The notes beneath the pieces are model-generated. The model was not told the DNA's origin, did not search any database, and saw only the letters and a list, made by a program, of their open reading frames with translations. DNA of 64,000 nt. Origin: Candidatus Bathyarchaeota archaeon (GTDB lineage Archaea; Thermoproteota; Bathyarchaeia; RBG-16-48-13; JAGTRE01). Positions 47,259 through 58,357 of the stretch are shown here, piece after piece. Numbering within the stretch: position 1 is the stretch's first letter; every line of letters begins with the position of its first letter. The position numbers and the translations under genes were made by a program. The stretch covers positions 21,380-85,379 of the forward strand of contig JAGTRE010000004.1 in NCBI GenBank assembly GCA_018396415.1. Reading direction: 5' to 3'.

Positions 47259-49472
47259 ATGGGGAGTATTAGTTATATGAGAAGAATTGATGCATTAGTT
47301 GTTCGGAAGAGTAAAGGAACAGTAGAACCATTTGATAGGCAGAAAATCGTTGAAAGTTTAGTTGACGAAGCGAATGTAGACCGCCGTATAGCGATGGAAA
47401 TAGCTAGTGAAGTTGAGATAGAGATACGTCACATGGACTTGGAGTTTATCAGTGCGCCTCTCATTCGAGAAATTGTAAACGCTAAACTTCTTGAATACGG
47501 GCTGGAAGATGCTCGAAAAGTTTACACCAGAGTAGGATTGCCCGTAGCCGACGTTGAAAGGATGATCGCAGGCGTGCACTGGTACTCCAAGGAGAATGCC
47601 AATTTGCAACGTAATCCAGAAACCATCCATAAACTTCTTGCCGACTCCGTAATTCGTGAGCATACGTTACTAAAAATTCTTCCGATAAAACTGAGTGACA
47701 TGCACATGAAAGGTGCAATTCATATTCATGAGCTGGAATACTTCCCCACTAGACCATTTTGCCAATCACATGATGCTCGCTTCTTCTTTAAACACGGTTT
47801 CGTCGCTGATGGAACAGGGACTCACACCGCGGTAGCAGGTCCAGCCAAAAAAGCTGAGGTGGCACTGCTTCACGCTTTAAAAGTCTTACAGGCAAGTCAG
47901 GTGAACTGCGGTGGTGGACAGGGATTACATAATTTCACTGTTTTTATGGCTCCATATCTAAGAGGTTTGGACTATAGTACTTTGAAGCAGCTTGCTCAGA
48001 CGATGTTCTTTGAGTTGGGTGAAATGTATGTTGCACGTGGTGGGCAAACCGTGTTTTCAAGTGTATCATTAGAACCAGGTATCCCTAAAGCCTACCAAGA
48101 TATACCAGCCATAGGACCTGGTGGCAAGGAAGTTGGCGTTTACAGCGATTACGCCGATGAAACCACTCGTTTCTTTGATGCAATTGTCGAAGTTGCCCTC
48201 GACGGCGACTACATGGGAAAACCATTTAATTGGCCTAAATTAGAAATTAGGCTGACGCGCGATTGGTTCCAGGCCTATAACAAAGAATTTCTCCTATCTT
48301 CTCAATTAGCTGCTAAGTTCGGCAGTCCATATTACTTCAACGCTGGGGCTCCCTACATGCCGGGAGAAATGATATGTACCCAATGTTGCCGGTACTACAT
48401 GCAGCATGCGGATTGGAATGATGAACACGATCTACTTAACGGTACTCTTCGTGGGGGAGTTATCCAGAATATTACAGTAAATCTTCCGCAATGCGCCTAC
48501 GAGGCCGACGGTGATGACGATCGACTTTTTGAGGAGATCGATCGTAGAATGGCAGCATCCCGTGATGTATTACTAATTAAGATTAATGAAATGAAAAAGC
48601 GGCTTGCTGAAGGATTTCTTCCATTTCTTTCGCAACCGGTTGATGATAATCCCTATAAAATTAAATGGTATGATTACGAATACATTGATGATGACGAAGG
48701 ACAACTGCAAGTTAAGTCAAGCCATGAGGCACATCTTGCCGGTACACCCTATCTCGTACCTGAACGGCAAGGAGCTACCATCGGCGTTTTAGGTCTAAAT
48801 GAGATGCTTAAGGCGCATATCGGTAGTGAACTTCATGAGAGTCGCGATGCATGGAAATTCGGATTAAAAGTTATCAATCGGATGCGGCGAACTGTTGATG
48901 AGTATACCAAGGCAACTGGAGTGTACTTTGGCCTAGTTCAGTCCCCCGCTGAATCATGTGCTCATAGGCTTGCACTTATTGACTTAAGGACCTATGGAAG
49001 ATCAAAAGTAGTTGTACAAGGCAACCCTGATAACGGAGAGCAAGGAGTTCCAGCTGTTTATTACACTAACTCGACTCACGTTAGAGTTTCAGCTCCCATT
49101 GCACTATGGGAAAGAATTAGAATTGAAGCTAGTTTTCACCCGCTCTTCAATGGAGGAACTATTCTGCATGTTTTCCTTGGTGAAGCCTATCCAGACCCTG
49201 AAGCGGTGTGGAAACTTACAGAGTGTATCGCGACAAAGACACTGACCGGCTACTTTACCTATACCCGTGATCTCACTATTTGTAAGCGTTGTAAAACGGT
49301 ACACAGTGGTTTGCAACGCCTGTGTCCAAACTGTAATGCCGGAGGCGCTGATCTCGAACACTGGAGTCGAATAACTGGTTATTACCAAGAAGTTAGTGGG
49401 TGGAATGCCGGCAAGAAAGCTGAACTTATGGATCGTTACCGACATGACATCAAGGTGAAATTATTTGATTAA
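47259..49472 (+). CDS. nrdD: Anaerobic (class III) ribonucleoside-triphosphate reductase with ATP cone
   Basis: RPFC, TQCCR finger loop, SPAES, YYTNSTH, CKRC..CPNC, glycyl-radical motif RITGYY. Confidence 0.95.
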   Translation: MGSISYMRRIDALVVRKSKGTVEPFDRQKIVESLVDEANVDRRIAMEIASEVEIEIRHMDLEFISAPLIREIVNAKLLEYGLEDARKVYTRVGLPVADVERMIAGVHWYSKENANLQRNPETIHKLLADSVIREHTLLKILPIKLSDMHMKGAIHIHELEYFPTRPFCQSHDARFFFKHGFVADGTGTHTAVAGPAKKAEVALLHALKVLQASQVNCGGGQGLHNFTVFMAPYLRGLDYSTLKQLAQTMFFELGEMYVARGGQTVFSSVSLEPGIPKAYQDIPAIGPGGKEVGVYSDYADETTRFFDAIVEVALDGDYMGKPFNWPKLEIRLTRDWFQAYNKEFLLSSQLAAKFGSPYYFNAGAPYMPGEMICTQCCRYYMQHADWNDEHDLLNGTLRGGVIQNITVNLPQCAYEADGDDDRLFEEIDRRMAASRDVLLIKINEMKKRLAEGFLPFLSQPVDDNPYKIKWYDYEYIDDDEGQLQVKSSHEAHLAGTPYLVPERQGATIGVLGLNEMLKAHIGSELHESRDAWKFGLKVINRMRRTVDEYTKATGVYFGLVQSPAESCAHRLALIDLRTYGRSKVVVQGNPDNGEQGVPAVYYTNSTHVRVSAPIALWERIRIEASFHPLFNGGTILHVFLGEAYPDPEAVWKLTECIATKTLTGYFTYTRDLTICKRCKTVHSGLQRLCPNCNAGGADLEHWSRITGYYQEVSGWNAGKKAELMDRYRHDIKVKLFD

Positions 49473-49740
49473 ATTGCTTCTTTTTATCTCTCCTACTTGT
49501 CCTCACTGTCCAGCAGCGAAAGATGTTGCTGAAAAATTGAAGAAAATTCGAGATGATGTTGAGGTCGAAGTCTTAGACATTTCTAACCAAGAGAACTTTA
49601 CAACCGCATTAATGCTTCAGGTGGCGTCGACACCAACTTTCGTACTTGGAGAGACCCCCATTTTTGTTGGATGTGTGCCTTCTCTTGAAGAGTTAGATAC
49701 AAAAATCAGAGAATACGCCGGAAGAATCGGTGTGAAGTAG
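49465..49740 (+). CDS. Thioredoxin/NrdH-like redoxin
   Basis: CPHC active site and cis-Pro STP; overlaps the nrdD stop. Confidence 0.9.
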   Translation: MIKLLLFISPTCPHCPAAKDVAEKLKKIRDDVEVEVLDISNQENFTTALMLQVASTPTFVLGETPIFVGCVPSLEELDTKIREYAGRIGVK

Positions 49741-49774
49741 AATATATTTTCCAAATCATCTAACAGAATAATGT

Positions 49775-50716
<942 letters not shown>

Positions 50717-51073
50717 TCATTCAAATGATGGAAGGCTTTGTCATTAAATAACTCTTGCTTAATACCTAGCAAACGCGAGTTTTTCGGAGATTGTTATCCA
50801 GATTAAATTATTAAAAGAACTTCAACCATTCCCAGTTGATATGCGCTCTAAGTTGATAATTACTTATACGAGTTCACATCCCTGATTAATGAAGGTGGAA
50901 CATTGTACTCGCCCTATAACTATTTTATTAGCCGAAATGTTGGATCCGTTGGATCTTCTACCGCACATCCCTTTATTCGTCATTAAAACAGCTTTCATAA
51001 GTGAAGCCCCAAAATATCTCTGCCTAAACACTTTCATAGAAAAAGATCTTAATATCAAGCCAGGGTTAAACCT

Positions 51074-51544
51074 ATGCCCAGTGAGGAAGAAGAACTCCGT
51101 GTAAAGAAAATTCGAGAAGGAACAGTAATCGACCACATAACGTCAGGACATGCGTTAACAGTTCTCAGAATTCTGGGGATCTTCGGCCGAGAAGGGGGAG
51201 TTGTAAGCGCTGCCATGAACGTTCCAAGTAAAAAAATCAAGCGCAAGGATATAGTAAAAATTGAAGGCCGTGAACTTCGTCCGGAGGAGGTAGACAAAAT
51301 TGCTTTAATTGCTCCACGGGCAACAATCAACATCATCCGTGATTATAAGGTAATTCGCAAGGAGAAGGTAAATCTTCCCAAGGTTATCCGTGGAATTGTT
51401 CGATGCGCCAACCCGACATGTATTTCGAACAGTCGCGAACCAGTTCAATCTACCTTCATTGTTGAATGTGAAGACCCACTTCGTCTGAGATGTCACTACT
51501 GTAGTCGCATAATGGAGAAAGATGACATTCTTAAACAGCTTTAA
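51074..51544 (+). CDS. pyrI: Aspartate carbamoyltransferase regulatory subunit
   Basis: [26 protein letters not shown]. Confidence 0.97.
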   Translation: MPSEEEELRVKKIREGTVIDHITSGHALTVLRILGIFGREGGVVSAAMNVPSKKIKRKDIVKIEGRELRPEEVDKIALIAPRATINIIRDYKVIRKEKVNLPKVIRGIVRCANPTCISNSREPVQSTFIVECEDPLRLRCHYCSRIMEKDDILKQL

Positions 51545-51626
51545 TATTATTCATTGAAGAAAATACTTTTACGTAATCTTCTATTGTTCAATTATCGATA
51601 GTTTCGTGGAAACGAGGGTGCAGTGA

Positions 51627-51953
51627 ATGTCTGAGGAAGTGTTTGAGAGCATTCTTGAAGCTGAACGAAGAGCTGAAGAAATCCTAAGTAATGCTCAAAA
51701 AGAGGCTACGCGAATTGAACGGGAAGCTGAGTTAAAATCTCGCGAAGTTTATGAGGAAATGTATAAGAAGATTATCGACGAAGCTCGACGTTCCGCCTCT
51801 AAGATAATTGAGCAGGCAAAAAGTGAAACTGAAAAAGAAGTGCAGCGGATGTTACGGGATATGGAAGATGAGATTAAAAATTTACGTGCAATCGCTGAAA
51901 AAAACATGGGCAACGTCGTTAAGTTGTGTTTCCAGTTTTTAACAAAGTTCTAG
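51627..51953 (+). CDS. atpH: A/V-type ATP synthase subunit H (G-like peripheral stalk)
   Basis: Charged coiled coil at the head of the ATPase operon. Confidence 0.8.
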   Translation: MSEEVFESILEAERRAEEILSNAQKEATRIEREAELKSREVYEEMYKKIIDEARRSASKIIEQAKSETEKEVQRMLRDMEDEIKNLRAIAEKNMGNVVKLCFQFLTKF

Positions 51954-51957
51954 TTAG

Positions 51958-52596
51958 GTGGTTCACGTGGAGAAGAACACACTACTACTGGACAAGATAA
52001 TCAAAGACGCCGAGGAAGAAGCAGCGAACATTATAAAACGATCCCAGCAAGCAGCTGAGGAGTTGTTAAAAAAACAGGAAACTGAAGCAAAGCAAAAAGC
52101 TGAAGCAGAGGCTGCTAGAATTCTTGAATCTGCACGAGAAGAAGCTGCTCGAATTAGACGCAGTATGATTGCTGATGCTAAGATTAGAGTTAATTGGAAT
52201 CTCTTAAAGGAGAAAGAAAAACTGATCGATCAAACACTTGATCAAGTGATGAAGGAGTTAATGCAATTTACTAAATCCTCAGCCTATAACGAATTTCTTG
52301 AAAAAATTTCTTTAGCTTCGGCGAAAGTTATGAATGGGGGAGAGATTGAATTAATTCTAAACGAGCGGGATGCAAATCTTCAAATCGATATCTCAAAGAT
52401 TTCGGAGAGGGTATCTGCTGAAACTGGCATAAAGACGGTAATTAAATTGTCATCTGAAAGGCATAGAGGTTGCGGGGGTATCATTATGAAAACAACTGAT
52501 GGTAGAATCACTATCGATAACACACTTGATAGCATTTTTGCACGTCATGCAAATGCTCTCCGTCTTAAAATTGCTAATGAATTATTCGCGAAGTAG
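51958..52596 (+). CDS. atpE: A/V-type ATP synthase subunit E
   Basis: Coiled coil plus GGII..DGRITIDNT. Confidence 0.92.
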   Translation: MVHVEKNTLLLDKIIKDAEEEAANIIKRSQQAAEELLKKQETEAKQKAEAEAARILESAREEAARIRRSMIADAKIRVNWNLLKEKEKLIDQTLDQVMKELMQFTKSSAYNEFLEKISLASAKVMNGGEIELILNERDANLQIDISKISERVSAETGIKTVIKLSSERHRGCGGIIMKTTDGRITIDNTLDSIFARHANALRLKIANELFAK

Positions 52597-52612
52597 TTAG
52601 GGAGTCTCATAG

Positions 52613-52936
52613 ATGGCAAGGATTGCGGTCATCGCAGATAGGGATACAGCCGTATACTTCCGACTAGCAGGAATAAAAGACAGTTATTCGGTTAAAGATT
52701 CGCAAGAAGCTGAAAGAAAGCTGATTGAGATCTCTCAGAATACTGAAATCGCAGTTATTATTATAGCTGAGCGTCTAGCCGAAGAAATTCAGCATGTAAT
52801 TACTAAAATTAGTGAAAAACGACTTTATCCGCTTATAATCTCAGTCCCCGATAAACACGGGCCAATCCCTAGAAAAATCGATCCAATAGCTGAACTTATT
52901 AAGCGCACGGTTGGTGTGGAAATAAAGGTGGAATGA
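52613..52936 (+). CDS. atpF: A/V-type ATP synthase subunit F
   Basis: [24 protein letters not shown]. Confidence 0.93.
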   Translation: MARIAVIADRDTAVYFRLAGIKDSYSVKDSQEAERKLIEISQNTEIAVIIIAERLAEEIQHVITKISEKRLYPLIISVPDKHGPIPRKIDPIAELIKRTVGVEIKVE

Positions 52937-52940
52937 TCCA

Positions 52941-54710
52941 TTGAGAATAGGTGAAATTATTCGAATTGCTGGCCCTGTAGTTACGGCCCGCAATATGACT
53001 GGTTCACAAATGTATGAACTTGTCAAAGTCGGGGATGTCGGTTTAATTGGCGAAATTATCCGGATCGAAGGTGACCGGGCAACAATCCAAGTCTATGAGG
53101 AGACTACGGGAATTAAACCCGGTGAAAGGGTTGAAGGAACTGGGAAGCCCCTTTCGGTTGAACTAGGCCCGGGATTGATTGGACAAACTTATGATGGTAT
53201 TCAACGGCCGCTTCCGGCTTTACAAGAGCTCGTAGGATACTTTGTGCGAAGAGGCGTTTCAGCTCCAGCACTCAATAGATCGAAAAAGTGGGTATTTAAG
53301 CCAACGGTTTCCCTTAATGAAAAAGTTGCAGGCGGCTCCATTCTTGGAACAGTTCAGGAGACGCCTCAGGTCACGCAGCGTATTCTTGTTCCCCCACGTG
53401 TTTCAGGTAAGGTGAAACACATAGCCAAAGAAGGCGAATACACCGTAGTTGACGAGATTGCTGAAATAGAGACTAGTTATGGCATCGAAAAGTTATCGCT
53501 TATGCACAGTTGGCCTGTCCGCCAAGCTAGACCCTATATACGTAAAATTCCTCCCGACACACCACTACTTACAGGGCAGAGAATTATCGATACATTCTTC
53601 CCTATTGCAAAGGGTGGAACCGCTGCTATTCCAGGCGGTTTTGGTACGGGAAAGACAGTTATGCAACATCAACTTGCACAATGGGCAGATGCAGACATAA
53701 TTATATACGTCGGTTGCGGGGAGCGAGGAAATGAAATGGCAGAAGTTTTGGAAAGGTTCCCGAAGCTTAAGGATCCGCGCTCCGGTCAGCCATTAATGAC
53801 TCGAACGATTCTTGTCGCCAATACATCAAATATGCCAATCGCCGCCCGGGAGGCAAGCATTTACACCGGGATAACTTTGGGAGAATACTTTCGCGATATG
53901 GGCTACGATGTGGCCCTCATGGCTGATTCCACCAGTCGATGGGCAGAAGCTCTTCGTGAAATATCCGGTCGATTAGAAGAAATGCCCGGGGAGGAAGGTT
54001 ACCCCGCCTATCTTGCATCTCGTTTAGCAGACTTTTATGAACGTGCTGGACGTGTGGAAACTTTAGGAGGGCGTATCGGATCGGTATCGATTGTCGGAGC
54101 AGTTTCACCACCTGGTGCTGACTTTTCTGAACCCGTTACCCAAAATACCCTTCGTGTCATTAAGGTCTTCTGGGCACTTGACACAAGTCTCGCACAGCGT
54201 CGGCATTTCCCCTCGATTAATTGGCTGAACAGCTACTCACTATACCTAGATACCATGGAGGACTGGTTTAGTAAAAATGTAAATCCTGAATGGTCTAAGC
54301 TGCGAAGCGAGGCGATGTATATCTTGCAGAGAGAAGAAGAACTACGTGAGATCGTTCAACTAGTTGGTCCTGACGCCCTCTCTGAAAGTCAACGTGTATT
54401 TCTGGAGGTTGCTAGAATGATTCGTGAGGACTACCTTATGCAAAGTGCCTACCACTCAATAGATTCCTACTGTCCCATCGAGAAGGCTTATTACATGTTA
54501 TCAATAATCCTCAAATTTTACCATCGAATGCGCAGCCTCGTTGAACGCGGCATCCCCCTTGCCAAGATTCTTGCTCTTCCAGTTAGGGAAAAGATAGCTC
54601 GAATGAAAATTCAGCCTATCAAAGGCTTTGAAAAGACAGCCGAGGAAATCGGGAGAGAAATAGATCAGGCATGTAGTAAGTTAATGGAAGAAGCCTTGGG
54701 AGGCACCTGA
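52941..54710 (+). CDS. atpA: A/V-type ATP synthase subunit A
   Basis: [27 protein letters not shown]; no intein. Confidence 0.98.
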   Translation: MRIGEIIRIAGPVVTARNMTGSQMYELVKVGDVGLIGEIIRIEGDRATIQVYEETTGIKPGERVEGTGKPLSVELGPGLIGQTYDGIQRPLPALQELVGYFVRRGVSAPALNRSKKWVFKPTVSLNEKVAGGSILGTVQETPQVTQRILVPPRVSGKVKHIAKEGEYTVVDEIAEIETSYGIEKLSLMHSWPVRQARPYIRKIPPDTPLLTGQRIIDTFFPIAKGGTAAIPGGFGTGKTVMQHQLAQWADADIIIYVGCGERGNEMAEVLERFPKLKDPRSGQPLMTRTILVANTSNMPIAAREASIYTGITLGEYFRDMGYDVALMADSTSRWAEALREISGRLEEMPGEEGYPAYLASRLADFYERAGRVETLGGRIGSVSIVGAVSPPGADFSEPVTQNTLRVIKVFWALDTSLAQRRHFPSINWLNSYSLYLDTMEDWFSKNVNPEWSKLRSEAMYILQREEELREIVQLVGPDALSESQRVFLEVARMIREDYLMQSAYHSIDSYCPIEKAYYMLSIILKFYHRMRSLVERGIPLAKILALPVREKIARMKIQPIKGFEKTAEEIGREIDQACSKLMEEALGGT

Positions 54711-54712
54711 CA

Positions 54713-56131
54713 GTGGCATCGATTTTAGCCAGTCGTCGTTACTCGACGGTCCGTGAAATTACTGGGCCTCTCCTTTTTGTCGAGGCTATTTCAGGAGTTG
54801 GTTTCGGAGAACTTGTTGAAATTGAGACACCGAGCGGTGAAAGGCGCCGCGGGCAAGTTTTAGAAGTTGGAGAAGGTATTGCCGTTATTCAAGTCTTTGA
54901 AGGTACACGTGGACTTGCAACCACAGAAACTGTAGTCCGATTTACTGGTGAAACCATTAAGCTTCCAGTCACCACAGGTTTACTTGGTCGAATTTTAGAT
55001 GGAAGCGGTCAAGTTATCGACGGTGGGCCACCTATAATTCCTGAGGATTACTGGGATATTCATGGAGCTCCAATGAACCCATATAGCCGTGCACATCCAA
55101 GCGAATTCATCCAAACCGGGATAAGCGTAATTGACGGAATGAACACTCTTGTCCGCGGGCAGAAACTTCCACTATTTTCGGGCAGCGGGTTACCTCACAA
55201 TCAAATTGCCGCCCAAATCACAAGACAAGCTACAGTGCCAGGCAAAGAGGAAGCTTTTGCCATAATCTTTGCCGCTATGGGGATCACGGCCGATGAAGCA
55301 CGCTTTTTTAAGGATGATTTTACCAAACAAGGTGCTTTAGATCGGGTTGTCATGTTCGTTAACCTTGCAGAGGACCCTGCCATCGAACGTCTCATAACCC
55401 CACGGCTTGCTCTCACCGCTGCTGAATACCTAGCTTATACGCAAGATTATCATGTGCTCGTTATCCTTACTGATATGACAAATTATGCTGAGGCTCTTCG
55501 TGAAATTTCTGCAGCAAGAGAAGAAGTTCCGGGTAGGCGAGGTTATCCTGGTTATCTTTACACAGACCTCGCTACCATATACGAACGGGCAGGCCGTATT
55601 CATGGGAAGAAGGGGTCTATAACACAACTGCCAATTCTAACCATGCCTCACGATGACATCACGCATCCTATCCCTGATCTGTCAGGCTATATCACCGAGG
55701 GTCAGCTCATTGTGGATCGGGGTTTGTACCGGAAGGGAATTTATCCCCCGATTGACCCATTGCCGTCATTAAGTCGGCTTATGAACGAGGGAATTGGGGA
55801 GGGCAACACACGTGCAGATCATCGTGAAGTTTCTGATTGCCTTTACTATGCGTTTTCAGAGGGAAAGAGTCTGCGAGATCTTGTAGCTGTAATTGGAGAA
55901 GAGGCACTAACGGACCGTGATAAGCTCTATTTAAAGTTTGCAGATGATTTTGAGCGGCGCTTCATTAACCAAGGATTATACGAAAATCGATCGATAGAGG
56001 AAACATTAGATTTGGGCTGGGAGCTTTTGTCCGTTTTCCCGGAAACTGAATTGAAGCGGGCGGATCCTGCAACAATTAAGAAATTTCTGCCAAAATATCG
56101 GGGGGCTGTGATCGGTTCAAGTAAGTTATAA
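54713..56131 (+). CDS. atpB: A/V-type ATP synthase subunit B
   Basis: [15 protein letters not shown] and PGRRGYPGY. Confidence 0.98.
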   Translation: MASILASRRYSTVREITGPLLFVEAISGVGFGELVEIETPSGERRRGQVLEVGEGIAVIQVFEGTRGLATTETVVRFTGETIKLPVTTGLLGRILDGSGQVIDGGPPIIPEDYWDIHGAPMNPYSRAHPSEFIQTGISVIDGMNTLVRGQKLPLFSGSGLPHNQIAAQITRQATVPGKEEAFAIIFAAMGITADEARFFKDDFTKQGALDRVVMFVNLAEDPAIERLITPRLALTAAEYLAYTQDYHVLVILTDMTNYAEALREISAAREEVPGRRGYPGYLYTDLATIYERAGRIHGKKGSITQLPILTMPHDDITHPIPDLSGYITEGQLIVDRGLYRKGIYPPIDPLPSLSRLMNEGIGEGNTRADHREVSDCLYYAFSEGKSLRDLVAVIGEEALTDRDKLYLKFADDFERRFINQGLYENRSIEETLDLGWELLSVFPETELKRADPATIKKFLPKYRGAVIGSSKL

Positions 56132-56177
56132 ATTAAATGACAATAAACTTCCTTCAGTTATTCATGTGTGATCGAGA

Positions 56178-56852
56178 ATGGCTTCAAGGGTTATCAGTGG
56201 TGTTCGTCCAACTCGTATGGAATTATTAATGCTGAAGAAGCGGAGGATGTTAGCGCAACGGGGGCATGACCTTCTCCAAGAGAAACGCGATGCACTTGTA
56301 ATGGAATTTTTCGGCTTTATTCACGAAATCGCCCCGCTCCGAGCTAAGGCGTATAAAGCGCTCATCGAAGGATATGCAGCTTGTGTCGATGCTCAAATGA
56401 TGATAGGCTCTAGAAAACTTGAGGAGATTTCCTTAAGCATCCCAGATCGCTACAACCTAGATGTCAAGATGAGGAATGTCATCGGAGTTACAATTCCTCT
56501 GTTTAAACTTGTTGAAAAGGGGGAGTTAAAAGGTACCATTCAATATAATTTATTAGAAACTTCCTCAAGACTTGATGAAGCTGTTGAGAAGCTCCGCGTG
56601 GCGCTTGAAGCTGTAATAAGGTTAGCTGAAGTAGAGGCCGCTATACGGAGGCTCGCTGAAGCTATAATTGTTACAAAAAGGAGAGTTAACGCCCTAAAAT
56701 ATAGAATTATACCGCTGCTAACCAGCACCGTGAATTATATTGAGATGCAACTTGAAGAGCGCGAGCGTGAGGACTTCTTTAGGTTAAAGCGAATCAAAAC
56801 CCTACATGAAGTTAAAGCAGGCAAGAGCAAGATTTTTCAGGAATTCGTTTGA
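56178..56852 (+). CDS. atpD: A/V-type ATP synthase subunit D
   Basis: PTRMEL, GHDLLQEKRDAL, TKRRVNAL, EREDFFRLK. Confidence 0.97.
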   Translation: MASRVISGVRPTRMELLMLKKRRMLAQRGHDLLQEKRDALVMEFFGFIHEIAPLRAKAYKALIEGYAACVDAQMMIGSRKLEEISLSIPDRYNLDVKMRNVIGVTIPLFKLVEKGELKGTIQYNLLETSSRLDEAVEKLRVALEAVIRLAEVEAAIRRLAEAIIVTKRRVNALKYRIIPLLTSTVNYIEMQLEEREREDFFRLKRIKTLHEVKAGKSKIFQEFV

Positions 56853-56904
56853 TTTTTCTGCATTGCCTGTTAGTATCCAATCAATTGGAACAGCAACAGC
56901 GATT

Positions 56905-57276
56905 TTATTGGGTATTTTTCGACTGCAAAAATAGAATGGCCCGTGCAAGATCACCTTCTGTTTCTTCAAGTGCTTTCCTCGCTTCCTCCAAGGGTTTTCC
57001 AGTCTGACTGGCCACTAGTTGAACGTCTTCATCTCGAATAGCAATTTTTCTTTCCATGACAATGGCTCTCTCGGCAATATTTTGTCCCGTTAATTGAAAG
57101 ATCTTTTGACCTTGAACCTCAAAAACTGTAACGCTCGGATTTTCAAGAATGATTTCTTTTTCTGCTGTTTTTATAATCACTTGTAGAACGTTAGGAACAT
57201 CTTGGAGACGTACTCCCATCTGTTTCATCATTCGATCTTGGAGGCGTTTTGCCTCCCGAGGGCTAATCCGGCGCAT
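56905..57276 (-). CDS. nac: Nascent polypeptide-associated complex protein
   Basis: MMKQMG, NAC barrel, UBA-like EDVQLVASQTG..GDLARAI. Confidence 0.94.
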   Translation of the reverse strand: MRRISPREAKRLQDRMMKQMGVRLQDVPNVLQVIIKTAEKEIILENPSVTVFEVQGQKIFQLTGQNIAERAIVMERKIAIRDEDVQLVASQTGKPLEEARKALEETEGDLARAILFLQSKNTQ

Positions 57277-57278
57277 TC

Positions 57279-57743
57279 TTAACCCTCCATAATACTCCTT
57301 CTCACTTTTACGGCGACGCCCCTCTTAAACGCTAGCATCTCCAAACCCGTCAGCAATGCTCTCCCAACGGCAAGCACTTCTCCCATTCTATTTGTGACAA
57401 TAACTTCTTCGTTGGGGCGAATCTCCGGATCTGCTTCCATCACATGCTTTGAAAAAACGCTTCCACCAGCGGCGATTAAATCAATCACATCATCTTGGAC
57501 AACTACTCTAAGCCTTGGCTTCTTAAAAGCCGTCAATAGCCTTCTCGCCCCGTCCAGTGTCAATGCGAGCAATCCATCTGTTGGACGCAAGGTTGCCAGC
57601 ATCTTCTTATCTAGGTAAATATGTCTAATTCGGCCTGTTGTTTTGGAATATACGAAGTCAACATTTTCTGGAAACAGAGCGAATCCTGCACCTCTTCCAA
57701 ACTGATAATCAGCTAAAGCTCTAACCTTCTGAATATCAGCCAT
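57279..57743 (-). CDS. PUA-domain protein (archaeosine TGT C-terminal-like)
   Basis: ADYQFG, GSVFSKHV..D..IRP..EV, GVAVKVR; start ATG 57743. Confidence 0.88.
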   Translation of the reverse strand: MADIQKVRALADYQFGRGAGFALFPENVDFVYSKTTGRIRHIYLDKKMLATLRPTDGLLALTLDGARRLLTAFKKPRLRVVVQDDVIDLIAAGGSVFSKHVMEADPEIRPNEEVIVTNRMGEVLAVGRALLTGLEMLAFKRGVAVKVRRSIMEG

Positions 57744-57838
57744 TTTTATCCTCAAAGTCAATCTAAATAACCTCACTTCGACAACTATAAAGAAGACTGA
57801 AGGTATAAAACCAACTGAGTACTTAGGGGTATTATTTA

Positions 57839-58357
57839 TTGGTCTGTTGTGAGGTTTGCGGAAAACCTATTAATGGGGCTCCCAACCGGGTTATCATTGC
57901 AGGGGCTAAACTTCTAGTTTGTAGTGAATGCGTTAAACTTGGATCAACTACTTGGGAAGTCAAACCTGAAGCACCGGTTAGTTCAAAAGCAAGTCTAACG
58001 CCAATTAGAAAATTCCAATCCGTTGATAGAAAACCGAGAAAGATTATGATCCCGGAAATTGAAATAGTCGAAAATTATCCGACGCTCATTCGGAAGGCAA
58101 GAGAAAAACAAAAGTTAGACCATGCAGAGTTAGGAAAACGAATAGGAGAAAAAATCTCCGTTATTCAAAAACTTGAAACCGGTCGATTAATTCCAGATGA
58201 GTTGCTCGCAAAAAAGCTTGAGCATGCCCTAAGGATTAAACTTCTCGTCCCCACTATGGAGCCGCCGGTTAAATCAACTCCTCAGCCTCGGGAACTTACT
58301 CTGGGAGACGTAGTGGAAATACGAAAGAAAGAACCGAGCGTGAAATCGATTTCATGA
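57839..58357 (+). CDS. mbf1: Multiprotein bridging factor aMBF1
   Basis: CEVCG..CSEC zinc ribbon, HTH, TLGDVV. Confidence 0.94.
   Translation: MVCCEVCGKPINGAPNRVIIAGAKLLVCSECVKLGSTTWEVKPEAPVSSKASLTPIRKFQSVDRKPRKIMIPEIEIVENYPTLIRKAREKQKLDHAELGKRIGEKISVIQKLETGRLIPDELLAKKLEHALRIKLLVPTMEPPVKSTPQPRELTLGDVVEIRKKEPSVKSIS

Noticed and set aside
50864..51136. Short ORFs between pyrB and pyrI
   Set aside because: No motifs or RBS, and they overlap pyrI or its promoter.
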